Shown: piece by piece, positions 1 through 12,409 of the stretch | Layout of the letters: every line of letters begins with the position of its first letter | How positions within the stretch are numbered: the stretch's first letter is position 1 | Assembly: GCA_030265395.1 (NCBI GenBank) | Contig: JARFYF010000001.1 | Location: 99,520,804 to 99,584,803 of the forward strand | Direction: 5' to 3' | Length of the DNA stretch: 64,000 nucleotides | Origin: Rhina ancylostomus | Taxonomy: Eukaryota | Program-made: the position numbers and the translations under genes | Notes under the pieces: generated by a model | The model's input: the letters and a program-made list of their open reading frames with translations, nothing else | The model's database searches: none | Told to the model about the DNA's origin: nothing

Positions 1-83
1 GCATGGAATCCATGTGCTGGACAACAAGGCATTAATGGAGCCAAATGAGGGCCAGAACTCAGAACCATGACACTTCTTCCCAG

Positions 84-176
84 TTATGAGGAAGGGTCTT
101 CAACCTGAAATATTAGCTCGGTTTCTCTTCCCATAGATATGGTCTGACCAGAGTATTTCCAGTGTTTTCCGTTTCC
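84..176 (+). mobile_element. Penelope-like element terminal fragment with degenerate hammerhead-type core
   Basis: atgaggaagggtcttcaacctgaaatattagctcggtttctct…gagtatttccagtgtttt; same family as the copies at 11222, 36600, 39188, 49311 and 51020. Confidence 0.55.
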
Positions 177-2889
177 ATGGTTATATCAGGACTGTTCAGT
201 TCTGTTGAAAATTTATCCATCTGCAATATCAGTTTTGACATCAATAAGTCCACATCACCTGTGATATCTAATAGGATATTTGGAACCTTTAAACCACCTC
301 CTCATTGCAAGGCAGTCCCTTTCATAGTAACCACCTTAACCTGTAATTGATTCAGGCCACTTGATAACTCCATAAACAAAAGCCTTAGAGACGTGGAGTC
401 TTTCCCAAAACTCACACAGTCGCTTCTTGGACAGCAATGTCATCTGAAGTTACCTTGTTGGAGTACTTCATAGCAGAGAATTAGACCAGTTCAGATGTTT
501 CAGAGTGAAGCACAACCCATCCAGAACAGTCCAAGTCAAGAATATCATTTGAATAGTGATAAAGAATTTTCAGAGAAATGGGAATATTTGAGATCCTTGA
601 TAGCAAGAATCACCATCTAAATTACACTCTGGACTCAGTCTGTCCCTGGTCTAATTCTCTGGCACACTTATTACCTTGTGTTGTAGCCTGGTTTCACAAC
701 TGTGTGATGACAGGTGCTTCCTTAAAATGGACACCTTCTCTCTTTGTATCTTGCAACCATGACATTGCAATATTTGTTTTACTTATTACCTTGCTGTCAA
801 ATAGACACTTGTCCAGCTCTTGTTGGTAGGCACCTGAATGGTCAGCATAGCAAATCTCTGACTTTCAAAGAATAGCCTTACATGTAATCAAAGATCTGTT
901 CTTTACTGATATGGCCAACTCGGATCATCAAACCATATTCTAACTAAAGGCTTGATTAAGGACCCTACAGTGATCTTTTAGAAGGGACCAAAAGAATAAT
1001 TGCCAAGGTCAATGATTTACTTATTTTCCTTTGGAACCAGGAGCAGGTTAAGATTTCTGCAAGCCTCACAAACAAAGGTTAGGCTTCCTCTCCATTACAT
1101 CACTTCCCCCAAACCCAAGACCCTCCTCAACCTTCAGCAGTTACCAGGCATTATTCCTTTGGAAGCCTCCTGCTGCTTGACATTCTGTGTCCACCCACCA
1201 GACAGCTGTCACTTTGAAAGCTCTGCGTGGGAGGCTATTCAAAGACCCAGGAGTTCGCATCTTCCATGGCTCCTGTAGCTGAGGTTTATACATTCTGCTG
1301 TCTGCCTCCTCACCCACCTAACTGACTCATGGGTTTATAATTGGGCCTTCAGAAGTCATCCTTGCGGCTCCCCTAAACAGAGGAGTGCTTGTGTGGTTTT
1401 AACGCCCATGGAATTTGTATGGAGATGCTCACAGCCAGGAAGCAAGTTAAACCATTCTAGCTAATAAACCAACCAAGCTAGACCTATCAAATCTGAGTAG
1501 AATGTAATCAGACAGAATAAATGAAAACTCAGGACTGCACTCGACACTCCCTCCCCATCATGTCTCCACCACCACCCGGTCCTCTTCACCTCTCTCATCA
1601 CGCAATATACTCAATTTCTCAGCAAAATGCATTTTTAGCTCCCGTGCATTCCAACCGCTGGGGATCCTCCACTTTGCTGACTGATGCTGATTCTGCCTTC
1701 CATATGGGAAAGAGTAACAGGACTTCAACTGTTCAGGCAAGCGACAGCCCTGTTTGTGGGCTTCATCCTTAAGCTTCTTGGCTGATAAAATTGCTCAAGA
1801 ATACAAACAGGATAAATTTAGTGGCAGGAGGGCAGAAAATCCAAATGACTGGGTCTACCTTTTGAAATGGTTCTGTTATCATCACCACAAGTTGTCTCCT
1901 TGCTCCAAAGACTCTGGAAAATGAAAAGTAAGGAACTGAAATCTCTCCCACACCATGAATTATTCACCTCATTAATTTGTTTCATTGTCGCATGGAGTTC
2001 TCTTCCCTCTTGTAATTTAAATTCAAAGCATGAGTCATGCCATCTGGTAATTGCCTAGTTTTTTTTAAACTGAGTTACATATCACTACATGGGATTTCTT
2101 CTCAGATAGTATTGCATGAAAGATTTTATGATCTCTCTGAAATGTTAAGGCTCAGCAAGATACCAGATATTAGAGTCAAGACAATAAATTTGGAGAGAGC
2201 TAACAAGCTCAGTTTTTACATAGGACTGATAAAAAGGTTTTGCATGGCCTTCTCACAGAGTGGCTGATATTTGGATTCTCTTAGCTCCACAGATCTCACT
2301 CAGCCCAATTTTATTGGGCTTTGACTATTCATTTTACCAAAAATGAAGCAGCTTCAATGTTTGATATTGCTTTCATTGAGAATCCAAGGTGAGAAACCAT
2401 GCTAAGTCATACAGGAAGGCTAGATAAAAATGCCTGAAGAATATTAACTCATCTATTCAGAAAAATCTTTTTCTCCCACAGGGTCCACTTTTTTTTCCCT
2501 TTTTAATAAAAAGCTACCAGAAGTCTATTTCAAATATTGTTTACTTCCAGAAGCAGATGAACTTCTTGATATTAATTCTGAATTCGCCATGCATTACTTC
2601 AGACTTGTTTTTCTTTAGTTTTAATTTGTAATAATTTCCAGGTATATCTCTTGATTACCATTTTGTATCATGGTGTCTATAGGTCTTTTTTTTCGTCACT
2701 TCTTTGCAAGTTTGCAAAGGTACAGCTTCTCCAAAATCTGCTTTGCAGCTCGTTTGGACTTCCGGCTTGAGGTCGATCACATACCCAGATGCAAAGTGCG
2801 CAGTCCAAATAAAACACTAACTTTGTTTTTGGTTTGCTCCAGACTACAGCATCTACAGTCTCATGCGTCTCCAAGTAAAATACCATACA

Positions 2890-3262
2890 GTTAGTATATT
2901 CTGGCCTTCGGAGTAAGTGCAGAAGACATTTGCTAGAATGGGACCAGGAATGAGGAACTTCGGTTACAAAGAGAAAATGAAAACAGAAAGCATCGACTTC
3001 AGACTTGTTGATTCTGGATAATTCCATCAAATAAATAATGAAAAACAGTTCCTATCAGGCAAAGGGTCATGAACCAGAAGTTACAGCCATAGCTTTGGCA
3101 AAGAAACACAAAGGTGTCGTGAGGAAAATATTTTCTGTGTAATGACTAACATTCTGTTACTTTAGTTGCAAGACTGCCAAATTTTCCTTTATCTTAACAA
3201 CTACTGCACTCCCAACTACATCATTTGTTACAGACTATGACTATTAGTGAGTGTTCCTTTAA

Positions 3263-3308
<46 letters not shown>

Positions 3309-3990
3309 NNNNNNNNNNNNNNNNNNNNNNNNNNNNNNNNNNNNNNNNNNNNNNNNNNNNNNNNNNNNNNNNNNNNNNNNNNNNNNNNNNNNNNNNNNNN
3401 NNNNNNNNGACAATGGTGGTTGTTGAAGAAGCCTTTACTCATGTTTCATCTTATGGCTTGCTGAACTGAACTTTAAGAACCATTCTTGGACGTGGAGTTT
3501 GGGAATTTGCCACACACACACACAAGTTTAGTTAGTTTTGGGGAGTTAACGTTCAGGGTTTATCCTTTTTACTTCTAACACTCTAACATTTTTACTTCTA
3601 TTTTACTTATTATCATAAGTAGTTATTAATAAAGTAGTTTTTAACACTTATATGTGTCTCAGTCTGTTTCTTTTGTTGCTGGTTCATAACACATTGTACA
3701 TGAAACATTTCAGGACAGATCTGAAAGATTGAAGACTGGTGTTCAAGGGCAGCATGGATGTCGAAAGCCTAAAAAGTTTCCATGAGGAGAGAAAGTGTGC
3801 AAATTTGGAAAGCACTGCCTGTGAGGGTGGTGAAGATATATTCACTCGTAGTTTTCAGAACAGAAGTGGATAATTTTTTTGAAGGGAAAAGGTTAGCCAA
3901 ATGAGAAACAGTTAATGAAAGGGACTAACTTGATAACTCCCAGAAAAAGGTGGCACGGACTCGATGGGTCCTGGATGGTTCGGTATTCTA
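2890..3990 (+). mobile_element. Old CR1-type LINE 3' fragments (2890-3150 and 3805-3990), with the solo LTR lying between them
   Basis: CR1 ORF2 3'-end and UTR motifs (…ccaggaatgagg…, gtgaggaaaatattttc, tggaaagcactgcctgtgagggtggtg, ggcacggactcgatgggtc). Confidence 0.6.
3226..3691 (+). mobile_element. Solo LTR (Gypsy-like) containing (TG)n; 4-bp TSD CATT
   Basis: Begins TGTTA, ends TAACA, flanked by CATT on both sides. AATAAA near the 3' end. Homologous to the copies at 23608 and 45462. Contains an N gap. Confidence 0.8.
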
Positions 3991-5234
3991 TTTACCAAGT
4001 TGATTTCTCTTCCGTCATGACTGGACTTAATGGAGACAGATGTTAAAAAAGATTAATTAACACCATTTGGATTTTAAAACCTAAAGATTCTATGTAGAGA
4101 GATAATCTGCCAAATGTGCCTGAATGGTAATAACCACTGCACTTCAACATATACGTACCTTTGTACATGAAGCACTTTTGGACAGCCCCAAGATATGCAT
4201 TAAGGCTCTCTGGCTTCCTTTTTCAAGGTAGACAATATTTGGTACCACAGAATAAAAATATATCAGTGATGAATTGGTGCACGATGAGGAATACAGAATG
4301 TCATGTGTTATACTCAAATATATTACAGGTCCTTCCCAACTTACAAATGCCCAACTTATGTACAGCTTTATACATATGAACAAGCATTTGGGAGATCTGC
4401 AGTATGGATTTGTCGGCTGCTGCATCTTCTGTGTGGGCATCTTCTGCTTTGTGAGATCTCAGTTTGCAGCTGCATTTCTGGCTGCGGACTGTTTGGGTTA
4501 CAACCAGTTCAAAAGAACAGAACCCTGCCCTAACTTGGGGAGAGCCTGTAACAAAAATGCTGAGGTTTCTGTTTAATGAGAATACCTAAGTTGGAGCTGC
4601 ACTAAAAATCACATTAATAGCAGGTGTAAAGAAAGTGAAAGAATCTTCCTTTGTTACCTCAGGATACATGTACATTTGAAGTCTCAGCACATTTATAATG
4701 CAGGAAATGCCAGACCCAATCTTCCCACAGCCTTGTCCCAGAATCAGCAATGAGATAACAGCTAGATCATTCATATCATTAACATTGTTAAGGGATAAAT
4801 ATCAGGCAAAAAGCTAGCTAAATTTCTCAAGGCCAGCCTGTCTGTTGAGTTTTGTTTACACGTGGAAGGAGAGTGTAGGGAGATAGGCCAAAATTTGTTC
4901 ACAAAAGTAAGTGAGCCAACAGCTTCTGAAAGACAACTGCTCACTATTGAAGGGAAGCTCATTTATTGTGTGTTTAGAACTGAAGGAATGCTTGCAAATC
5001 TCAGATGTGCAGTTTTCAGTAATTTGTGGCTGCATTCACTAATGATTCCCCGGAGGTCTTGCTTCATAGCTTTAACAAAGAAGTTTGAAAATCATTGGTG
5101 TGAAAAGGACTCCATAAGGCTCAAAGTACAAGCTGTAGTTATGGAGATAGCAGAATGAGTGAATACAATCTCCTTGTTCCAATGGAGGTGAAGGCACAAA
5201 AAAAACCCTGAAAGTCACCAGACAAAGTGTGGTA

Positions 5235-6025
5235 CCAAACAAGGTCATGCATTTCAGTAAGAGGATTCAGATTCTCTCCCCATATTAACTAAATGGGGAT
5301 AGACTGCAAGTGAGTGGAGTACAGAGGGATCTAGGTGTTTTAGTGCATGAAATGCGAAAAGATCGCTTGCAGGTGAAGCACGTAGTGGCAAATGGTGTAT
5401 TTGCCTTTGTTGCAAAAGGATGGGATTTTAAAACTGGCAAGTATTGTTACAGGGTTTTGGTGAGGCCTCACCTGGAGTACTGTGTGCAATTTTGGTCCCC
5501 TTATTTTAGAAAGTATATACTGGCATTGGAGGCAGTCTAGAAGAGATTCACTAGGCTAATTCCTGGGATGAGAGGTTTGTCTCATCAGGTAATAACTTAA
5601 AAAATTACATCAGTATTCTGTGGAATTTAGGACAATAAGGCATGATCATATTGAAACAGAAAATCCTGAGGGAGCATGACAGGGTAGATATTGAAATGTT
5701 TCCACTCAAGGGAAGGTCTTGAATGAGGGAGACAGATACAAGACAAGGAAGCAATCATTTAAAACATGCGTGTTGGAATTTCTTCTCACTGATGGCAATG
5801 AACTGATGGCATTCTCTACCCCAGAGGGCTTTGGAGGCTAGCTCACCGGAGGTATGTGAAAAAGAGGCTGATAAATATTTGAAAGAGTAAGAAATTGGGG
5901 GCCAGGGGAAACTGGCAGAGTAAAGGTGATGATGCCTGGGGCAGAGAAGCCATAATCATATTGAATGGTAGGGCAGGCTTGAGGAAACGATGAACTATTC
6001 CTGCTCCTGATTTCTTATGTGTGTT
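5235..6025 (+). mobile_element. CR1/HER1-like LINE, 5'-truncated (RT C-terminus plus 3' UTR)
   Basis: ORF 5310: VQRDLGVLVH…YRVLVRPHLEYCVQFWSPYFRKYILALEAV is a CR1 ORF2 motif; tail ends cctgctcctgatttcttatgt. Confidence 0.9.
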
Positions 6026-8087
6026 CTTGTGTGGGCCAAGATTCAGAAGTAGTAAGCTCAGCTTGTGTAAATGTTTCTTTCCTGCATTCTGGTGGGAAGA
6101 TGTACAAAATATGCAATAAACATGGTCTTCTTTCTGTGGCACTCCTCACACAATACAGTAGTGGTAGGAGATCATTTTCAAAGTGAGCTATGCAATGAAT
6201 TCTCTTGCTTTTGTTCAGGGCACTTTTGAATTTGGACTTAAGTGTGCTTTTCCAAAAAGTCTAAGAAGTTCATTCAGTTTGATTGGAACGTTTTGACGAA
6301 GTGTGGGGGGGGGGGGTTGNNNNNNNNNNNNNNNNNNNNNNNNNNNNNNNNNNNNNNNNNNNNNNNNNNNNNNNNNNNNNNNNNNNNNNNNNNNNNNNNN
6401 NNNNNNNNNNNNNNNNNNNTGGAACGTTTTGAAGAAGTATCCCCCCCCCCCCCCAATGTGACAAGGTTGCTAATGATTTCCTCCTGTGCCAGCTTTGTCA
6501 CTGAACATATCACAGACAAATCTGTGAAGAGAACAAGATGCTGCCTTCAGACATGACACAAATAAAAATTGTATCCTGGCCATTCCTTGAAGATCACGGT
6601 AAAATTTGTCTATCGAAATTAAGAATTTGTCACATTTTCAATCATCAAACTTTCAATAGATTTATGAAGCATTTAAAAGTAATTAAATCCAATTGCCAAA
6701 TCCATTAGTTTATTTCATATTTTCTTGTGGACATCAAGCAGCACTGGGTATCTATCCTGTGCAATCAGCTAGATGACAAAGGAGATTACTCTTGAACATT
6801 ATATCCAATGTGAAATTAGCTTAACCAACTCCTATTTTTGGGGAATTCAGTTACATTTATTTTTACAACAAACTTTTATCAACTATTAACATAGAAATTG
6901 GTTTGCACACAACATTGGCACAAACGCAATAACAGCTAAGGATCATCAGATCAAACTAATGATCACATGAAATTGGTTCCATGAGATCATCAGTTCCCAA
7001 CCAGTGTGCTGGAAGCATCAGTTATGTCTTCTGAGATCAATGTGCCAGTCCCTGGAGATAACAAAAGGCAGCTTGTGTTGGCAGTAGGCCAGTGGTAATT
7101 CTGGGAGGGATGGCAGAACAAAAATCAGGAGGAGGAGTGACAATTCCTCTAGCTCCAGGCAAATAATAATAAGACATTTTATTCATCATTTTGCCATCTG
7201 GCGCTCGTGGACCCTTATTGCACTGTTGGTGTGGCCTTTTCACCTGGGAAAATTAATCACAGCACCATTTGGTTTGTGGTCAGTTGACAACTGATTTTGA
7301 ATAGAGAACTGAATTGAACATTAGGTCACCAAACCGTGAATGCAATGGGTCTAATAGGCCTGGTGCCGGTTTCAGATGAGTGCACTAGCTAATCCTCGGA
7401 AGCTTAATAATACGACTTGTAGTACCTACCCAGCCTGGATCTTACAGCACCCTTTGTTTGTGCCAAAGACAGACACTGTACAATCCAATTCCTGTCTCAG
7501 TTTCATTTGTACCATTACTTCAAACAGATACAGCACCAAGTACAGATTTGGTGAAAAGTCAGAAAATAACAAACCTTCATGCACTCAGAAGGGAGCTGTC
7601 CATCTGNNNNNNNNNNNNNNNNNNNNNNNNNNNNNNNNNNNNNNNNNNNNNNNNNNNNNNNNNNNNNNNNNNNNNNNNNNNNNNNNNNNNNNNNNNNNNN
7701 NNNNNNTTGGTCTGCTGGTAATAAGGTTAAGCTTAGTGTCTCCTTATTTTTTTGGGGGGGTGGATCAAGGTTCATCTTCAGTGCAAATCAATGGGACCAG
7801 TTTTTCATCTCTGCTGCAGCAAGGATCTCCTAACAAAAACTAGTTCATTGTGGGATTAGAGTCATAGAGCAATATAGCACAGATGCAGGCCCTTCAGCCC
7901 AACCAGTCCATGCCGGCCATGGTGCACGTGCAGGAATTGGTCACAAGCATGGTGTGGGTAGAAAATAAAGCCCCATGTCAGTAGTCTTCATAGAGGTTGA
8001 ATAACATTGTTATACCATCATAGTGTTTCAACTTGAAATACTTCAGCCTGAACCAGTGAACAAGTTTCAATTCAGAGTACTGATCAT

Positions 8088-8305
8088 ACAAGAATACAAG
8101 AAAATAGGAGCAGAAATAGGCCACTCAGCCCCTCAAACCTGTCCTACCATTCAATATGATCATGGTTGATCTATCCCAAGTCTCAACCCCACTTCTGTGC
8201 CAGGTTCCCCATGGATGTTAATCATGCAGTCTTTCAAAAATGTGACTCCCTCTCATTAAGTACCTCCCATGATCTAACCTTCACAACCCTCCACAGTAGA
8301 GATCC
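8088..8305 (-). mobile_element. CR1-like LINE 3' tail just downstream of the PAPPA2 donor
   Basis: aagaaaataggagcagaaataggccactcagcccctcaaacctgtcctaccattcaatatgatcatgg is the reverse complement of the CR1 tail seen at about 5950-6020. Confidence 0.8.
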
Positions 8306-8340
8306 CCTGATAATGCCAATGAAAGTAAGGCGAGTCTTAC

Positions 8341-8717
8341 CTTTCTGGAGAGTCAGGGTCAAAACAAGTTTTCCGCACATCTGTAATCGTGGGATCGCAG
8401 CAGTCACCATCATCAAAATCATCCAGGATGCTGTTGCATTCCATGTTACAGATCCCATCCCGCCGCTTCCAAACATAGCACCTTCCCAGGAATCGGCAGT
8501 CCCCACCATCATAGCCAGTCATGGGGTGGTCACACTCAGGGTCACAGTGGTCATTCCCAATTTTGCTTGTCTCACAGTTTACCAGGATGATTCGGTTCCG
8601 AATGGTTGAGTTGAGGACCTCAGTAACAGTGAGGTCCCAGGTTATGTTATACCTGCTGAAAGCCCTGTTCAGCGCTTGGTGTTGGAGCTCAATCTGCTGT
8701 TTTGTAACTGTGGGGTT
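8341..8717 (-). CDS. PAPPA2: Pappalysin-2 internal coding exon (3' part of the large exon: start of metalloprotease domain plus LNR1 and LNR2)
   Basis: Minus-strand translation: [126 protein letters not shown]. This closely matches recalled human PAPPA2 (…[28 protein letters not shown]…[13 protein letters not shown]), better than PAPPA. Phase-2 donor AAG|GTAAGA at 8341/8340. The 5' boundary is uncertain (candidate acceptor at 8709-8708). Confidence 0.93.
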
Positions 8718-9649
8718 TTAAAGAAAAGACTTCAAATGCAATCACTGTGATCCATCCAAGTAGAAAACGACTCCTTTCATCTGGATGATCAAAGGGATCC
8801 TAATTACCAGAAACATTCTCATTTCATTGAGTAAGTCTTTGAAGAGCAACTGATACTTTTCCAGTGCACATGCAGAATATTCATGCTTCATTGCAGTGAA
8901 GATTTTATTATCCACAAGTGGCAAATTATCCCAAAGGATCTTTTTGAAGAGATCCTGGGCATTTTTGGTACAAATGTGTAAAAAATTATGTCCTTGAAAA
9001 TCTTAGGTTCCTGGATAATTATTGGGTTCAATCTGGAGAAATATTATTGTTCTAGGGATACTTCACATTCTGAATTTATTGATTTGACTGGTGGAATTTA
9101 ATCAACAGCAATGATCACTTGATCCAAAATGTATATTGCTTGATGAAATAATTCTCTGTATTCAGACTATGACTTATGCATGTTAAGGTCTTCCACCAGA
9201 AAAGGCTTTTGGTTTAGAACTGTCCATCAATAGACTCAGACACCATTTATAAGGTACTTCCAACATCAGGGTCTTCCAAATGCTGAATCAGTTCTAGTAG
9301 CCAGCAAGTGATAATATCAAGATTATTAAAGAAAGAATTCTCTGGTAGCTATACTCTCTTATTCAGATCAGCTTTTCCACATTTAAGTCAAGACACTAAT
9401 GAGTAGGCTTCAAGGAACTATTAGGAGAACAGGGCTGATGATTAAGCTAACGTGATTACATCCCCAAATGGAGAATGGAAATGATAATAATGTAGATTCT
9501 TAAATATTAAATGATATAAAATGAGAAATCTGGGATGATGCGTAAATGGGCTAAAAATAAAATACAAAATTAAGGATACACAATTATGCAAGGTTAGTGA
9601 GGGGAAGATTCTAGGTGAGGGTTTGTTAGGCTCGTTTTTATAAGATAAA

Positions 9650-9942
9650 AGATATTTTTATTAGTCACATGTACATCAAGACGCACAATGAAATATATCT
9701 TTTACATAGAGTGTTCTGGGGTCAGTCCACAGGTGTGGCCATGCTTCTGGTGACAACATAGCATGCCCACAACTTTCTAACTGGTACGTCTTTGGAATGT
9801 GGGAGGAAACCAGAGCACCCAGAGGAAACCCACACAGACACACAGAGAGAATGTATAAACTCCTTACAGACAGTGGCTGGAATTGAACTTGGATTGCTGG
9901 CGCTGTAATTGCGTTACACTAATCACTACGCTACCATGCTGG
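9650..9942 (-). mobile_element. tRNA-derived V-SINE (HE1-like), Rex1-like tail variant
   Basis: Reverse complement shows A-box (tagcgtagtg), B-box (agttcaattcc), V-domain (gggtttcctc…gtgctc…tttcctcccacattccaaagacg) and tail …catgtgactaataaa. Confidence 0.88.
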
Positions 9943-10599
9943 TACAAATTGTACATTGGTGATATGGTCACCATGAGGCTCACGATGGGAGTTTGGGTAG
10001 AAGGCAGCTTTATCATTAATCATGTAAATTAGAGTAGGAGACAAATGACATGAGATTAAAAACTAATGAAGTTTTCTATAAGGTAGCTTCAAAGAATATG
10101 TAATTATAGAAATGCTTTATGATCGAAAGGGTCATAGGTCTCCACACTTGCATTCCTTAGTAGCACCATATTTGAGAAAGATGACCAGAAATATGATCAA
10201 AGAGGCAGGCTCATAAACATTGGGGAAAACAAGCAAGATGAAAAGGTTTTGAACGAGAGAATTCTTAAGAGTATAACTAGGACATCCAGATGGTAATAAT
10301 GGAAGCAGCAATGGATTCACAGACCAGACTCAAAGACAGGAACGTGGGACTACTGAAGGAAGTGGAATAAGCCCAAAAGCCAGAGGATTTGCAAATAATT
10401 ATTGTGAAAATTAATGTGGTGAAGGTAGACTGGAGCTTTAGGGTTCATCCAACAAAACATTTCAGTAATTCAGGGAAAAACATCATAGCAATTTATCAAA
10501 CAATATTTGACTCTGGGACCATCAAGAGGGTAATAGGCTTGCTGTCTAAAAGTTTGGTTAAACAAGTGGGTGTTAGAAAGAAGGAGGTGGAGGGGTAGA

Positions 10600-11640
10600 A
10601 TTTGTTCTGTTTTATCCACTAGGTGCACAATGTAGCAACAGAGATGTGTGGAACCCTTTTTCTGGAGTGAATGAAACCAAATTTCATTGTACAACAGTGA
10701 ACGAATTTCTGTCCTGGGGAGACTGTAGTAATAAACTCCAGAGAGCATAGGGCTGCAGCCGATGGTGGAACAATTAATTTCAAGGATGATTTTTGTGGCC
10801 AGAATCAGCGAAGCACAGATAACCCAGAGAGGTACAGGGCCGCAAACTTGAGAAGAAGAGAGATCATGGAGGAGTTTGAAGGCATGGAATAAAAGATTAA
10901 AAAAGGATGTCATTTTAATGCATTTTAAAATGTCATTGTATTTTAAAATATAGTATAGCCAATATAGAGCAACAATTATAGATGAATGAAATACAGTGCA
11001 ATTTTGGACAAATGGACTGAGTTTAGAATGACTGTGAAAAGGGAGCAACTTGCTGCAATCATTAACATTTTTGTGCATGTCAAAGCTCAAGAAGACAAGA
11101 AAGAGTCTAAAAAGTCAAGTCTGAAAGCCATTTAAAATCAGGAATGTCAGGAACAGGCTGGAATTCTGTTGAGGTAAGGTTAGAGCAGACATAGAGATAA
11201 GATCTTACTGATAAACCATGGATTCTGATGAAAGGTCTCCGATCTGAAAATGTTAACTTTATTTCTCTCCCAACAGATGCTGCTTGACTGGTTGAGTATT
11301 TCTGGTGCTGACTGTGCCAGCTTCTGCACTTTTGCTTTTTGAGAGGGTGCGGGATTTGTGGCTCAACTCTGGCTGAAACAGATCAGAGGAGGTTTCATAT
11401 GATTGGATTCAGACTGGGGGAAGCAACAGTGGAGGAGGAATGGAATTAAGGGCAAGGCAAATTATTTTGCTTCAATTTACACCATATTCAGTTGAAAGGA
11501 GTATTGGCTCACCAGTGACATCATACAAGTCTTGTAACACACGAATGTCATGGAGAGGAATTTAGGTATTATCAGCTCTCACTTGAATAATATCCATATT
11601 CCTGAGTGGCAGATTGAAATAAGGGATTATAGATGGTGTC
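10600..11640 (-). mobile_element. Highly decayed L2-like LINE fragments
   Basis: Purine-rich plus strand with L2-type phrases (gggagactgtagtaataaactcc, aggcatggaataaaagatt, aaattattttgcttcaattt). Confidence 0.45.
11222..11340 (+). mobile_element. Penelope-like terminal fragment with hammerhead-type core
   Basis: CTGATGA(11225-11231) a AGGTC tcc GATCT GAAA atgttaac, followed by tttctctcccaacagatgctgcttgactggttgagtatttctgg. Confidence 0.7.
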
Positions 11641-11819
11641 TTGTGATATGTCCAAGTGTATTTGTGTGGTTGGATAAAATAATTGAAGAAAATAATTGAC
11701 CCATGGGAGAAAGAAAAACAGGTGGAAGAGGATTGGGAGGTTACAACAAAATTAACAGAGAAGAAGAAGAAAATTTCATCAAGAAGAACTTAGTTAAGTG
11801 CAGAGGGAAATAATAGTGA

Positions 11820-12400
11820 TAAGAACATACAAACATATCATTTAGAAACAGAAGTAAGCCTCTTGGCTTTCAGGCTTCTTCTCCATTTGATAAGATTATG
11901 GCTGATCTGACTGTAACTTCAACTCTGTATTCCAGTTTACCTGTAGTAACCTTTCACTTCTTGTATATCAACAATCTATCTCTGTCTTAAAATATTCAAA
12001 GACTCTGTTTTCACCTCGAATTGAGGAAGAGAGTTCCAAAGGAGCGCAACACTTAAAGAAGAAACAAAATTATCTCATCTCTTCTGTATATGGGTGATCT
12101 TTTCTTTTTAAACTGGGCTCCTAGTTCTCAATTCTTCCACAAAGGGAAGTATCCCCTCTACATTCCCCATCAAGAATCCTCATCTTGCATGTTGCAACCA
12201 AATCACCTCTCACTCTTATGAACTCTAGCAGTTACAAACCCAGTCTGTTCAACCTTTCCTGTTAAGACACTCAGCCCATTCCAGGTACCAGTCTAGCGGA
12301 CCCTACCTGAACTGTTCAAATGCATTTGCAGCTTTCCTTAATAAAATGGAGACTAATACTGTACACAGTACTCCAGATGGAGTCTCACCAATGTCCTTAA
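11820..12400 (-). mobile_element. CR1-like LINE 3' portion
   Basis: Reverse complement of the CR1 tail and of the HLEYCV coding motif (gtacacagtactccagatg). Confidence 0.8.
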
Positions 12401-12409
12401 CTTCTCAGA

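Noticed and set aside
6282-6455. The same ~19-mer (tggaacgttttga.gaagt) on both sides of an N gap, followed by poly-G on one side and poly-C on the other
   Set aside because: It flanks a 100-N gap at a homopolymer, so it is most likely a contig-overlap or assembly artefact.
8234-8721. Overlapping ORFs 8166-8609 (+), 8234-8512 (-) and 8521-8721 (+)
   Set aside because: Shadow frames of the real PAPPA2 exon.
10470-11090. 206-aa minus-strand ORF
   Set aside because: It overlaps decayed L2-like sequence and shows no splice structure or family signature.
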